Both the position numbers and the translations under genes were made by a program. The notes under the pieces were generated by a model. The model saw nothing but the letters and a program-made list of their open reading frames with translations. It searched no databases and had not been told where the DNA came from. A DNA stretch of 64,000 bases, taken from an uncultured Actinomycetes bacterium. GTDB lineage: Bacteria; Actinomycetota; Thermoleophilia; Gaiellales; Gaiellaceae. The stretch covers positions 414,992 through 478,991 of the forward strand of contig OY970250.1 of assembly GCA_963715575.1 (NCBI GenBank), given 5' to 3'. Shown in pieces: positions 56,781 through 64,000 of this stretch (positions are counted from its first letter, which is position 1; each line of letters opens with the position of its first letter).

Positions 56781-57280
56781 GGGTTCTCCTCCTTTTGTTC
56801 CCGCGGGACTTCCGCCGCGAGATCGGCCACTTCGGCATCGGCGAGCGACAGCAGGTCGCCCGTGCGCAGCCGGATGGACTCGCCGTGAGTCCCGGCATCG
56901 AGCAGGATGAACGTATTGTCGAACACGCGCTGGTCGACGAGGACGCGGTCGTAGGAACCTCCGACGGGCGGAACCGCCCCGAGCTCGAACTCGGGGTATG
57001 CCCCGACGAGGTCTGCTTCGCTCGCCAGCCTCGTCTCGCTGCCGAGCACGATCCGTGCCTTCTCGAGATCGAGCCGGTCGGCGGCTTCGAGCACGACGCG
57101 GACGTACCCGGCCGGCGTCCGGAGGATCAGCGTCTTGACGACCTCGTGCGGATCCGCGTGCAGCGCCTCCGCTTCGGCGAGCGCCGACTCCGTGTGCCGG
57201 TGGGGGAAGAGCTCGTACGACACGTGCTCTCGCCTGAGTGCCTTGAGCAACGCGTCTGCCGGTTGGTGTGTGCCGAGCAT
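56777..57280 (-). CDS. YbaK/aminoacyl-tRNA deacylase-like editing domain protein
   Basis: ATG 57278-57280 with CAAAGGAGGG upstream. VKTLILRTPAGYVRVVL, GAVPPVG. Confidence 0.75.
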   Translation of the reverse strand: MLGTHQPADALLKALRREHVSYELFPHRHTESALAEAEALHADPHEVVKTLILRTPAGYVRVVLEAADRLDLEKARIVLGSETRLASEADLVGAYPEFELGAVPPVGGSYDRVLVDQRVFDNTFILLDAGTHGESIRLRTGDLLSLADAEVADLAAEVPREQKEENP

Positions 57281-57314
57281 GTGCCCTCCTTTGTTGAGCG
57301 CCCACATGGTCACC

Positions 57315-57341
57315 CGCCCCGATCGCGGGCACATCGGGGCG
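57315..57341 (-). terminator. Perfect 9-bp hairpin (CGCCCCGAT-9 nt-ATCGGGGCG) downstream of the por operon
   Basis: Read directly, ~30 nt after the Hsp20-like stop. No U-tract. Confidence 0.3.
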
Positions 57342-57369
57342 AAGCCCTGATCGAGGTTCGGTGAACTAC

Positions 57370-57642
57370 CTAGCGCAGCCGGCCTACGAGGACGTCACGC
57401 TGCGGCCGCTGAGCGGCGTCAGGCGCCCGGGGGGCCCGCAGCTCGAGGATGTCCTGGAAGAGTCCGGCCTGCAGCCGGTCGGCATCGGCGCCCGCCGGCA
57501 GCGGCACCTCATGCCTGAAGCCGTCCGGGCCGAGCACGCGAACCACGCCTGCGCCGACGCTCACCGCGAGCTCCGCGGCGTCCGTCGTCGGCACCGTCAT
57601 CGTCACGACGAGCATGTGGTCGGTCTCCAGTGGCCCGTTCAT
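57370..57642 (-). CDS. Small Hsp20/alpha-crystallin-like protein (90 aa)
   Basis: ATG 57640-57642 (ATGA overlap with porB stop). LVVTMTVPTTDAAELAVSVGAGVVRVLG...FRHEVPLPAGADADRLQAGLFQDILELRAPR. Confidence 0.6.
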   Translation of the reverse strand: MNGPLETDHMLVVTMTVPTTDAAELAVSVGAGVVRVLGPDGFRHEVPLPAGADADRLQAGLFQDILELRAPRAPDAAQRPQRDVLVGRLR

Positions 57643-58586
57643 GCGGGGACACCTGCTTCGCAGCGATCGGAGAGCGCGTGCCAGTCGGCCTCGACGCGCT
57701 GCTGGATCTCCTCCAGGAGCGCCTCGTTCCCGGGCCGGAACAGGTGCGCGAAGCGTGCCTGCGGCCGCAGCCACTCCTCGATCGGCAGCATCTGCTCGGG
57801 CTCGTACGTCAGCCGGTAGCGGCCGTCCACGACCTCGTACAGCGGCCAGAAGCAGGTCTCGACCGCGGTGTCGAGCAGGCGGATGCCGATTCGCGGCTCG
57901 TGCCCCCAGCCGAGCGGGCAGTTCGTCAGCACGTTCAGGAAGGCCGGACCGTCGGCGGCTGCGGCGCGCTCGACCTTTTCGCTCAGGTCCTGCCAGTGCG
58001 AGCCGGCCGCCTGCCCCACGTAGGGGATGTGATGAGCGATCGCGATCGCCGTCATGTCCTTGCGCTGCTGCGCCTTGCCGAGGCTCTCGACGCCCGAGGG
58101 GCTGGTCGTGGTTGAAGCTCCGAACGGCGTCGCGCCCGACCGCTGGATGCCCGTGTTCATGTAGGCCTCGTTGTCGTAGCAGACGAACAGGAAGCGGTGA
58201 CCGCGCTCGAGGGCGCCGGACAGTGCCTGCAGGCCGATGTCGTAGGTGCCGCCGTCGCCGGCGAACACGACCACCGCCGGCTCCTCCCCCGGCGGCAAGG
58301 CGTTGCGCCGCCGCAGCGCCCGCTGCGCGGCCTCGACCCCGCCGGCCACCGCGGCCGCGTTCTCGAAGGCGACGTGCATCCAGGGGACGTTCCAGGCCGT
58401 CGTCGGGAACCGGGTGGTCGCGACCTCCAGGCAGCCGGTCGCGTTGACGACCACCACCGGCCGGTCGAACGAGTCCAGCACCGTGCGGACGACGGAGGGG
58501 ATCCCGCAGCCCTGGCAGAGCGAGTGGCCGCCCGCCAGCGGCGGCAGGCCGTGCTCACGGCGGGCGAGGTTCTTCAGGCGGGACAC
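57639..58586 (-). CDS. porB: 2-oxoacid (pyruvate-type):ferredoxin oxidoreductase beta subunit (TPP-binding)
   Basis: GGHSLCQGCG, VFAGDGGTYDIGLQALSGA, YDNEAYMNTGIQ. Confidence 0.9.
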   Translation of the reverse strand: MSRLKNLARREHGLPPLAGGHSLCQGCGIPSVVRTVLDSFDRPVVVVNATGCLEVATTRFPTTAWNVPWMHVAFENAAAVAGGVEAAQRALRRRNALPPGEEPAVVVFAGDGGTYDIGLQALSGALERGHRFLFVCYDNEAYMNTGIQRSGATPFGASTTTSPSGVESLGKAQQRKDMTAIAIAHHIPYVGQAAGSHWQDLSEKVERAAAADGPAFLNVLTNCPLGWGHEPRIGIRLLDTAVETCFWPLYEVVDGRYRLTYEPEQMLPIEEWLRPQARFAHLFRPGNEALLEEIQQRVEADWHALSDRCEAGVPA

Positions 58587-59734
58587 GGCTCACCTCGCAG
58601 GCCGACGTAGGCACCGGCGCGTCCGGCGAAGATGTCGCGCACGTCCTGCGGATGCAGGTCGCGCCCGCCGAGGCCGTAGACGTGGCCGCCGACGCAGGCC
58701 CCGGCGCCGCTCAGCGCCGTCGCCACCTCCGCCAGCAGCGGTGCCGCTCCTCCAGGCGAGGCCGCGCGGTCGAGGACGACCACCGACTCGACGTCTTGCA
58801 GGAGCGCACGCACGACGTCCTCGGGGAAGGGCCGGAACGAGACGAGCTTCAGCAGCCCGACACGCTCGCCCTGGCCGCGCAGCTCGTCGACCACTTCCTT
58901 GATCGTCCCCGCCGAGGAGCCGAGCGCGACGAGCACCCGCTCCGCGCCGTCGAGCCGGTAGCCCTCGACCGGCCCGTAGCGGCGGCCTGAAAGGCCTTCG
59001 AGCTCCAGCGCGAGCTCCGGCAGCACGTCCAGCGCAGCCTCGAGCGCGGCGATCTGCTGGCGGCGCAGCTCGAAGTAGTAGTCCGGCATCGCGAACGGCC
59101 CCTGCGTCGTCGGCCGGCTGGTGTCCAGCAGCGGATGCGGGATCTCGTAGGCGCCGGTGAACCGCGTCACGTCTGCGTCGGCGAGCAGCTCGACCGGCTC
59201 CGCGGAGTGAGTGATCGTGAACCCGTCCAGGCAGACGAGCACCGGCAGCAGCACGTCCGGATGCTCGGCCAGCCGCGTCGCGAGCACGGTCAGGTCGTAG
59301 GCCTCCTGGGCGTTCTCGGCGAAGAGCTGGACGACCCCCGAGTCGCGGATCAGCATCGAGTCGGAGTGGTCGCAGTGGATGTTGATCGGCCCCGAGAGCG
59401 CGCGATTTCCCACCGCCATCACGATCGGGGCGCGCATCGCCGCGGCGATGTAGACGACCTCCGCCATCAAGGCGAGGCCCTGCGACGAGGTGGCGGTCAT
59501 CGTGCGGGCGCCCGCGAGCGCCGAGCCGATCGCAGCGCTCATCGCGGAGTGCTCCGACTCGACGTCGACGAGCTCGCCGTGCGCCCTTCCGTCCGCCGCG
59601 AACTTGGCGAAGCCCTGGATGATCGGCGTCTGCGGCGTGATCGGGTAGACGGGGACGACGTCCGGGTCGATCTGCCGCATCGCGTGCGCGACCGCCTCTC
59701 CACCCGTCAGCAGCTCGAGGGCGCGGGTGCTCAC
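58574..59734 (-). CDS. porA: 2-oxoacid:ferredoxin oxidoreductase alpha subunit
   Basis: LTGGEAVAHAMRQIDPDVVPVYPITPQTPI, ESEHSAMSAAIGSALAGARTMTATSSQGL. Confidence 0.9.
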   Translation of the reverse strand: MSTRALELLTGGEAVAHAMRQIDPDVVPVYPITPQTPIIQGFAKFAADGRAHGELVDVESEHSAMSAAIGSALAGARTMTATSSQGLALMAEVVYIAAAMRAPIVMAVGNRALSGPINIHCDHSDSMLIRDSGVVQLFAENAQEAYDLTVLATRLAEHPDVLLPVLVCLDGFTITHSAEPVELLADADVTRFTGAYEIPHPLLDTSRPTTQGPFAMPDYYFELRRQQIAALEAALDVLPELALELEGLSGRRYGPVEGYRLDGAERVLVALGSSAGTIKEVVDELRGQGERVGLLKLVSFRPFPEDVVRALLQDVESVVVLDRAASPGGAAPLLAEVATALSGAGACVGGHVYGLGGRDLHPQDVRDIFAGRAGAYVGLRGEPCPA

Positions 59735-60021
59735 GGCGTCCGCTCCTCAGGGACCATCTCGATCGCGTTGACCGGGCAGACCTCGGCGCAGATCTCGCAG
59801 CCCTTGCAGTGCGCGAGATCGAAGCCGTCGAAGGTCGTCCCGTCGAGGCGGACAGCCGAATCCGGGCAGTAGATCCAGCAGAGCAGGCAGTTGACGCAGC
59901 TCGCCAGCTCGACCTGCGGCTTCAGGCCCGTGCGCCAGCCGCCGGTCTCCGGCCGCTCGACGGTGAGCGCGTCGGCGACGCCGGCATGAGGCAGCTCGCG
60001 CCAGGGCCTCAGCTCAGGCAC
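59731..60021 (-). CDS. porD: 2-oxoacid:ferredoxin oxidoreductase delta subunit (2x[4Fe-4S] ferredoxin)
   Basis: CVNCLLCWIYCP and CKGCEICAEVCP. Confidence 0.88.
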   Translation of the reverse strand: MPELRPWRELPHAGVADALTVERPETGGWRTGLKPQVELASCVNCLLCWIYCPDSAVRLDGTTFDGFDLAHCKGCEICAEVCPVNAIEMVPEERTP

Positions 60022-60545
60022 CGGTAGCCCTCCTCGACCGCGTCGCGGACGGCGGCCTCGTCCACCTTCGCGCCCAGCACCTCGACGGCCGCGTCCTGGA
60101 TGGCCTCCAGGGACGGCTCGCCGAGTGCGGCACCGACCGCGCCGAGCATCGTCACGTTCACGAAGCCGGAGCCTCGCTCGCTCGCCAATTGCGACGCCGG
60201 GACGCAGACGACGTTGTCGCCTGCGAGCGCCGACGGCTGCTGCCCGGCGTTGACCAGCACGACGCCGTCCGCGGCGAGGCCTTCGGTCACGGCGGCCTCC
60301 GCGGCCAGCGACGGCTCGAGCACGACGACCACGTCCGGGTGCTCGACGGCATCGTGACGGCGGATCGGCCGGTCGGCGCTGCGCGTGTAGGCGCGCAGCG
60401 GGGCGCCGCGTCGCTCGGGCCCGTACTCGGGGAACGCCTGGACGAACCGTCCGGAGCGCAGCAGCGCCAGGGCCAGGATCTGCGAGGCCGTCTTCGCACC
60501 CTGTCCGGCGCGGGCGTGCCAGCGGATCTCGGTCAGGCCGTTCAT
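60009..60545 (-). CDS. porG: 2-oxoacid:ferredoxin oxidoreductase gamma subunit
   Basis: ATG 60543-60545 (ATGA overlap). EIRWHARAGQGAKTASQILALA, FPEYGPERRGAP. The 587-aa track ORF is an over-extension. Confidence 0.88.
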   Translation of the reverse strand: MNGLTEIRWHARAGQGAKTASQILALALLRSGRFVQAFPEYGPERRGAPLRAYTRSADRPIRRHDAVEHPDVVVVLEPSLAAEAAVTEGLAADGVVLVNAGQQPSALAGDNVVCVPASQLASERGSGFVNVTMLGAVGAALGEPSLEAIQDAAVEVLGAKVDEAAVRDAVEEGYRCLS

Positions 60546-61864
60546 CGCAGCCACTCGTCGATCGCGCGGGCCGCTCGTTTTGCGTCGCGCACTGCTTCCA
60601 CGACGCTGACGCCGCCGTTGATCACGTCGCCGCCGGCAAAGAACTTCGGGCTCGACGTGCGGCCCGTCGCCGGGTCGACGTGAACCGTGCCGCGCTGCTC
60701 GAGCTCGAGCGCCGAGATCCAGTCGGCGAGCTCGCGCCGGGAGCGCTGGCCGATCGCCTTGACGACCGTGTCGGCCTGGAGCGTGAACTCGGTGCCCGGT
60801 AGCGGCTCGGGGCGGCGCCGCCCGCTCGCGTCGGGCTCGCCGAGCCGCATCCGGCGGCACTCGACCGCCTCGACGCGCCCGGAGCCGAGGATGCGCACCG
60901 GGTCGGCGAGAAACTCGAAGCGAATCCCCTCGGCCCGGGCCTCGGCCACCTCGTGCGGGTAGGCGGGCATCTCGGCCTCGCTGCGGCGGTAGACGAGCGT
61001 CGTCGAGCTCGCGCCGAGACGCAGCGCCTCGCGCGCGACGTCGATCGCGGTGTTGCCGCCACCGACCACCACGGCGTGCCGTCCGACCGCCGGCGGCGCG
61101 GCGGTCTTGATCCGCTCGATGAAGGGCAGCGACTCCCAGACCCCGGGGAGGTCGTCGCCGGGATACGAAACCTGCGTGTCCGGCCCCATCCCGACGCCGA
61201 GGAAGACGGCGTCCGCCTCCTCGACGATCGCTTCCAGCTCGCCGGGGCCGACATGTGAGCCGAGCCGGAACTCGACGCCGATCGCTGCGAGCGCCGCAGC
61301 CTCGTCCGGCAGTGGCTCCTGCAGCTGCCGATAGGGCGCAATCGCGTACCGGACGAGGCCACCGACCTCGTCCCGTTCGTCGAAGACCGTCACGGCATAG
61401 CCGAGCGCCGCGAGCTCGCCGGCGCAGGCGAGCCCGGCCGGCCCGGCGCCGATCACCGCGACCTTCCGGCCGTTCCACGCCGAGGGCCGGCGAATCGTGG
61501 CGCCGGCCGCGAAGGCGTGGTCCATCGCGTAGCGCTGCAGCGCCGCGATCGCGATCGGCTTGCGGCCGGCCTCTGCCAGCACGCAGGCGCCCTCGCAGAG
61601 CACCTCCGCCGGACACACCCGCGCGCAAGTCGCGCCGAGCAGGTTCTCGGCGAAGATCGTGTCCGCCGCAGCGCCGGGGTCGTCGTCCGCGATTGCAGTC
61701 ACGAAGCGCGCGACGTCGACGCCCGCAGGACAGGCGACCATGCACGGCGCTGGGGCATACGGGCCGCCGCACTCGAGACAGCGATCGGCTTCGATCAGCG
61801 CATCCTCACGCCCGAGCGGAGGATGCAGCTCCTCGAAGACGGGCTCCGTCGCGGAAACGCTCAT
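60542..61864 (-). CDS. GltD/NfnB/SudA-family NAD(P)H-dependent FAD/Fe-S oxidoreductase (glutamate synthase small-subunit-like)
   Basis: CLECGGPYAPAPCMVACPAGVDV, CARVCPAEVLCEGAC, VAVIGAGPAGLACA, VVVGGGNTAIDVA, FFAGGDV. Confidence 0.85.
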   Translation of the reverse strand: MSVSATEPVFEELHPPLGREDALIEADRCLECGGPYAPAPCMVACPAGVDVARFVTAIADDDPGAAADTIFAENLLGATCARVCPAEVLCEGACVLAEAGRKPIAIAALQRYAMDHAFAAGATIRRPSAWNGRKVAVIGAGPAGLACAGELAALGYAVTVFDERDEVGGLVRYAIAPYRQLQEPLPDEAAALAAIGVEFRLGSHVGPGELEAIVEEADAVFLGVGMGPDTQVSYPGDDLPGVWESLPFIERIKTAAPPAVGRHAVVVGGGNTAIDVAREALRLGASSTTLVYRRSEAEMPAYPHEVAEARAEGIRFEFLADPVRILGSGRVEAVECRRMRLGEPDASGRRRPEPLPGTEFTLQADTVVKAIGQRSRRELADWISALELEQRGTVHVDPATGRTSSPKFFAGGDVINGGVSVVEAVRDAKRAARAIDEWLR

Positions 61865-61966
61865 GGCACCTCAACCTTTGCCCCGGTCGGGTCCGTCGGC
61901 ATCCGCGCCGAGGCTGAACCGGCATGCGGCTTTTCCGCAGCCGATCTGGCGCTTACGCTGGGCGGC

Positions 61967-62683
61967 GTGCAGAGGTTGCTCCTGGCGTGGTTCGACCGGA
62001 ACCGGCGGCCGCTTCCCTGGCGGGAGACGCGCGACCCGTACGCGATCCTCGTCTCCGAGGTGATGCTGCAGCAGACGCAGGCCGCGCGAGTGGTGCCGCG
62101 CTGGCTCGCCTGGCTCGAGCGCTGGCCTGCGGCCGAGGCGCTCGCGGCGGCGACCACGGCGGAGGTGATCCGCGAGTGGCAGGGACTCGGCTACAACCGC
62201 CGTGCGGTCACCCTCCAGCGGGCGGCCCGGGTCGTGGCCGAGCGAGGCTGGCCCGCCGACCTGACCGAGCTGCCCGGCGTCGGGCCCTACATGGCGGCCG
62301 CGGTCGCCTGCTTCGCCTTCCGCCGGCCCGTGCTGCCGGTGGACGTGAACGTGCGCCGGGTTCAGGAGCGAACGGGTCACGAGTTCGACCACACCTGCGC
62401 GCAGGCGCTGATGGACCTCGGCGCGACGGTCTGCATCGCCCGCGTCCCACGCTGCGGCAAGTGCCCGCTCGCCGCGGCCTGCCCGTCGCGCGGCCGCAGG
62501 TTCGAGGCGCAGCGCAAGCAAGGCCCGTTCGAAGGCTCCTTCCGGCAGCTGCGGGCTCGCACGCTGCGGCTCGTCGCCGAGTCGCCGCGTCCCCTCGCCT
62601 CGCTGGATGCCGAGGCAGTCCGCGCGCTGGAGCGGGACGAGCTCGTCCTGGTCGAGGACGAGCTCGTCCGCTTGCCTGCGTGA
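61967..62683 (+). CDS. mutY: HhH-GPD A/G-specific adenine glycosylase (MutY-like catalytic domain only, ~238 aa)
   Basis: GTG 61967; LLAWFDRNRRPLPWRETRDPYAILVSEVMLQQTQ, LPGVGPYMAAAV, VDVNVRRV, Fe-S loop CIARVPRCGKCPLAAAC. No MutT-like C-terminal domain is evident. Confidence 0.75.
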   Translation: MQRLLLAWFDRNRRPLPWRETRDPYAILVSEVMLQQTQAARVVPRWLAWLERWPAAEALAAATTAEVIREWQGLGYNRRAVTLQRAARVVAERGWPADLTELPGVGPYMAAAVACFAFRRPVLPVDVNVRRVQERTGHEFDHTCAQALMDLGATVCIARVPRCGKCPLAAACPSRGRRFEAQRKQGPFEGSFRQLRARTLRLVAESPRPLASLDAEAVRALERDELVLVEDELVRLPA

Positions 62684-62684
62684 T

Positions 62685-63173
62685 CTAGCCGGCGAAACCG
62701 GTGGCCATGATGTAGGCGCCGCCGCCACCGTTCGGATGCACGAGCACGACCGGTGCCAGACACCGTGACGGGACCGTCACGTGCTGCCGGATCCGCGCGT
62801 CGCCGTGCGAGGACAGCGGTTCCGACGCGGTCGTGAAGACCGGCCCGCTCGAGTCGGGCGCGCGGTAGAGCGAGGCCGTGACGGTCATCACCGGCCCCGT
62901 GTTGTTCGTGCCCGCGACCAGCAGCCCACGGATGCGAACCTCGAAGCGTCCGTGACGATCGAGCGTGGCCGTGCCCGTACCCACCCACGGCACGCCGCCA
63001 CGGGCGGTGTTGTGAATCGGCTGGTCGCTCAGGATGCTGCCGATCAGCCGCTGCTGAAGCAGCGGTCCGTGGTGCTCCCGTCCCCGTCCGCCGTGATCTG
63101 CAGCCGCGGCGGCGACGAACACGACGGCCGCGACGAGCACCGCGGCCAGGAACGACCTCTTCGTGAGGCTCAT
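62685..63173 (-). CDS. Secreted hypothetical protein (162 aa)
   Basis: Signal/TM MSLTKRSFLAAVLVAAVVFVAAAAA. No family recognised. Confidence 0.55.
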   Translation of the reverse strand: MSLTKRSFLAAVLVAAVVFVAAAAADHGGRGREHHGPLLQQRLIGSILSDQPIHNTARGGVPWVGTGTATLDRHGRFEVRIRGLLVAGTNNTGPVMTVTASLYRAPDSSGPVFTTASEPLSSHGDARIRQHVTVPSRCLAPVVLVHPNGGGGAYIMATGFAG

Positions 63174-63230
63174 GCTGCTCCTCTCCTCGGGATCGGTCCC
63201 TGGTACGGAGCAACGCCCGCTTCGGTTCGC

Positions 63231-63929
63231 TCAGGCGCGCGGGTGCCGCATCCAGACGTTCGGCTCGCGGTAGGCACCACGGTCGCGCTCGCGGTCGATC
63301 TCGACCGGCACCAGCGCGCCCTCGACCACGTAGCTCCCGCTCTCGGGGAACGCGAGCCCGCACCACTCCTCCAGCTCGGCCACCGTGCCCTCGGAGAAGA
63401 GCGAGTCGGGCGCGATCCCGACGACCGTCGCGCCGAGCCGCTCGTGCGCGCGCAGCCACGGGTCGAAGAGCAGGCCGTCCTCGCGCCGCCACCCCGCATA
63501 GCGCTCGATCGGGGTCAGCGGGTAGCGGTGCTTGAGCGTCGGGCGAACGGGCGCGACCAGCTCCCAGCCGCGGGCGTGCGCGAGGCCGCGCATGTGCTCG
63601 AGCATCGTCTTGGAGAGCCCGCGGCCGTGGAAGTCCGGGTCGATCAGGATCGCGATCGCGCAGAGCCGGTCCGGCTTCTCGGCCTCGAACCCGACGCGCA
63701 GCGCGTCACGCCAGCCCGCCGGCATGCCCGCGACCGGGACCGAGTTGCCCTCGGCCAGCACGCGGCCTTCGTCGACCAGCGCGAACTGGAACTCCGGCCG
63801 CTCCTCGTAGAGCCGGCCCCAGTTGGCGTTCGAGACGGCGTCGTGGAAGACGATCTCCGGCCAAGCGCGGCGGAGCCGCTGGAACGACTCGCTGCCGCGA
63901 ACGTCGTCGTCGACCGCGACGATCTTCAC
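63231..63929 (-). CDS. Hypothetical protein, possible GNAT-fold acetyltransferase (232 aa)
   Basis: GTG start with GTGA overlap on the upstream stop. AIAILIDPDFHGRGLSKTMLEHMRGLA resembles a GNAT motif A region. Tentative. Confidence 0.5.
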   Translation of the reverse strand: MKIVAVDDDVRGSESFQRLRRAWPEIVFHDAVSNANWGRLYEERPEFQFALVDEGRVLAEGNSVPVAGMPAGWRDALRVGFEAEKPDRLCAIAILIDPDFHGRGLSKTMLEHMRGLAHARGWELVAPVRPTLKHRYPLTPIERYAGWRREDGLLFDPWLRAHERLGATVVGIAPDSLFSEGTVAELEEWCGLAFPESGSYVVEGALVPVEIDRERDRGAYREPNVWMRHPRA

Positions 63930-64000
63930 GAGAGCAGCGCGACGGCGACGGCGGCCAGCCCCTCGCCGCCGCCGGTGAAGCCGAGCTTGTCGGTGGTCGT
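63926..64000 (-). CDS. 3' end of an unidentified CDS continuing beyond the right window edge
   Basis: Hand translation: ...TTTDKLGFTGGGEGLAAVAVALLS* with stop 63926-63928. Too short to assign. Confidence 0.4.
   Translation of the reverse strand, partial: TTTDKLGFTGGGEGLAAVAVALLS

Overview
Very GC-rich bacterial chromosomal segment (judged by eye, not computed). All six frames stay open for long stretches, so many ORFs in the track are out-of-frame or antisense shadows. I chose real frames by recognisable protein motifs, third-position GC bias and start/stop geometry, and re-derived many starts by hand. About 75 genes are supported and the content is mostly housekeeping.

- Replication and recombination: tRNA-Val, SRP RNA, dnaX-ybaB-recR, and two adjacent Xer recombinases.
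- Amino-acid metabolism: ask-asd.
- Central carbon metabolism: a non-classical sdhA/sdhB/HdrB-like succinate dehydrogenase, pckA, citrate synthase, icd-mdh, sucC/sucD, a four-subunit 2-oxoacid:ferredoxin oxidoreductase, and acyl-CoA carboxylase alpha and beta subunits.
- Translation-related block: gltX-like, cysS, rlmB, yacP and a SigH-like sigma factor, in a Bacillus-like order.
- Others: clpP, several secreted peptidases (S53, S8, S41, NlpC/P60), cell-envelope proteins with poly-proline linkers, and c-di-GMP signalling genes.

Gene composition suggests a high-GC Terrabacteria lineage, possibly Actinomycetota such as Thermoleophilia or Rubrobacteria. This is inference only. Genes are packed tightly, with many 1-nt and 4-nt start/stop overlaps.

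I found no CRISPR array, no obvious prophage or IS element, and no canonical defence system. The best candidates for something undescribed are:
1. A sigH-like -> RHH/HTH regulator -> Cys/His-rich unknown -> clpP string, with a striking AT-rich GATATC palindrome cluster.
2. Unrelated genes translationally coupled inside core metabolic operons: a methyltransferase between sucC and sucD, a lipoprotein between sdhA and sdhB, and a GltD-like flavoprotein plus an Hsp20-like protein flanking porGDAB.
3. A minimal 325-aa GluRS-like protein at the gltX locus.
4. An extreme poly-proline protein.

Four genes (S53 peptidase, GT1 glycosyltransferase, rlmB, cysS) carry apparent frame or nonsense disruptions. 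This could be consensus error or real decay, and I cannot tell which from sequence alone. All coordinates for revised starts are hand-derived and should be treated as approximate where noted.
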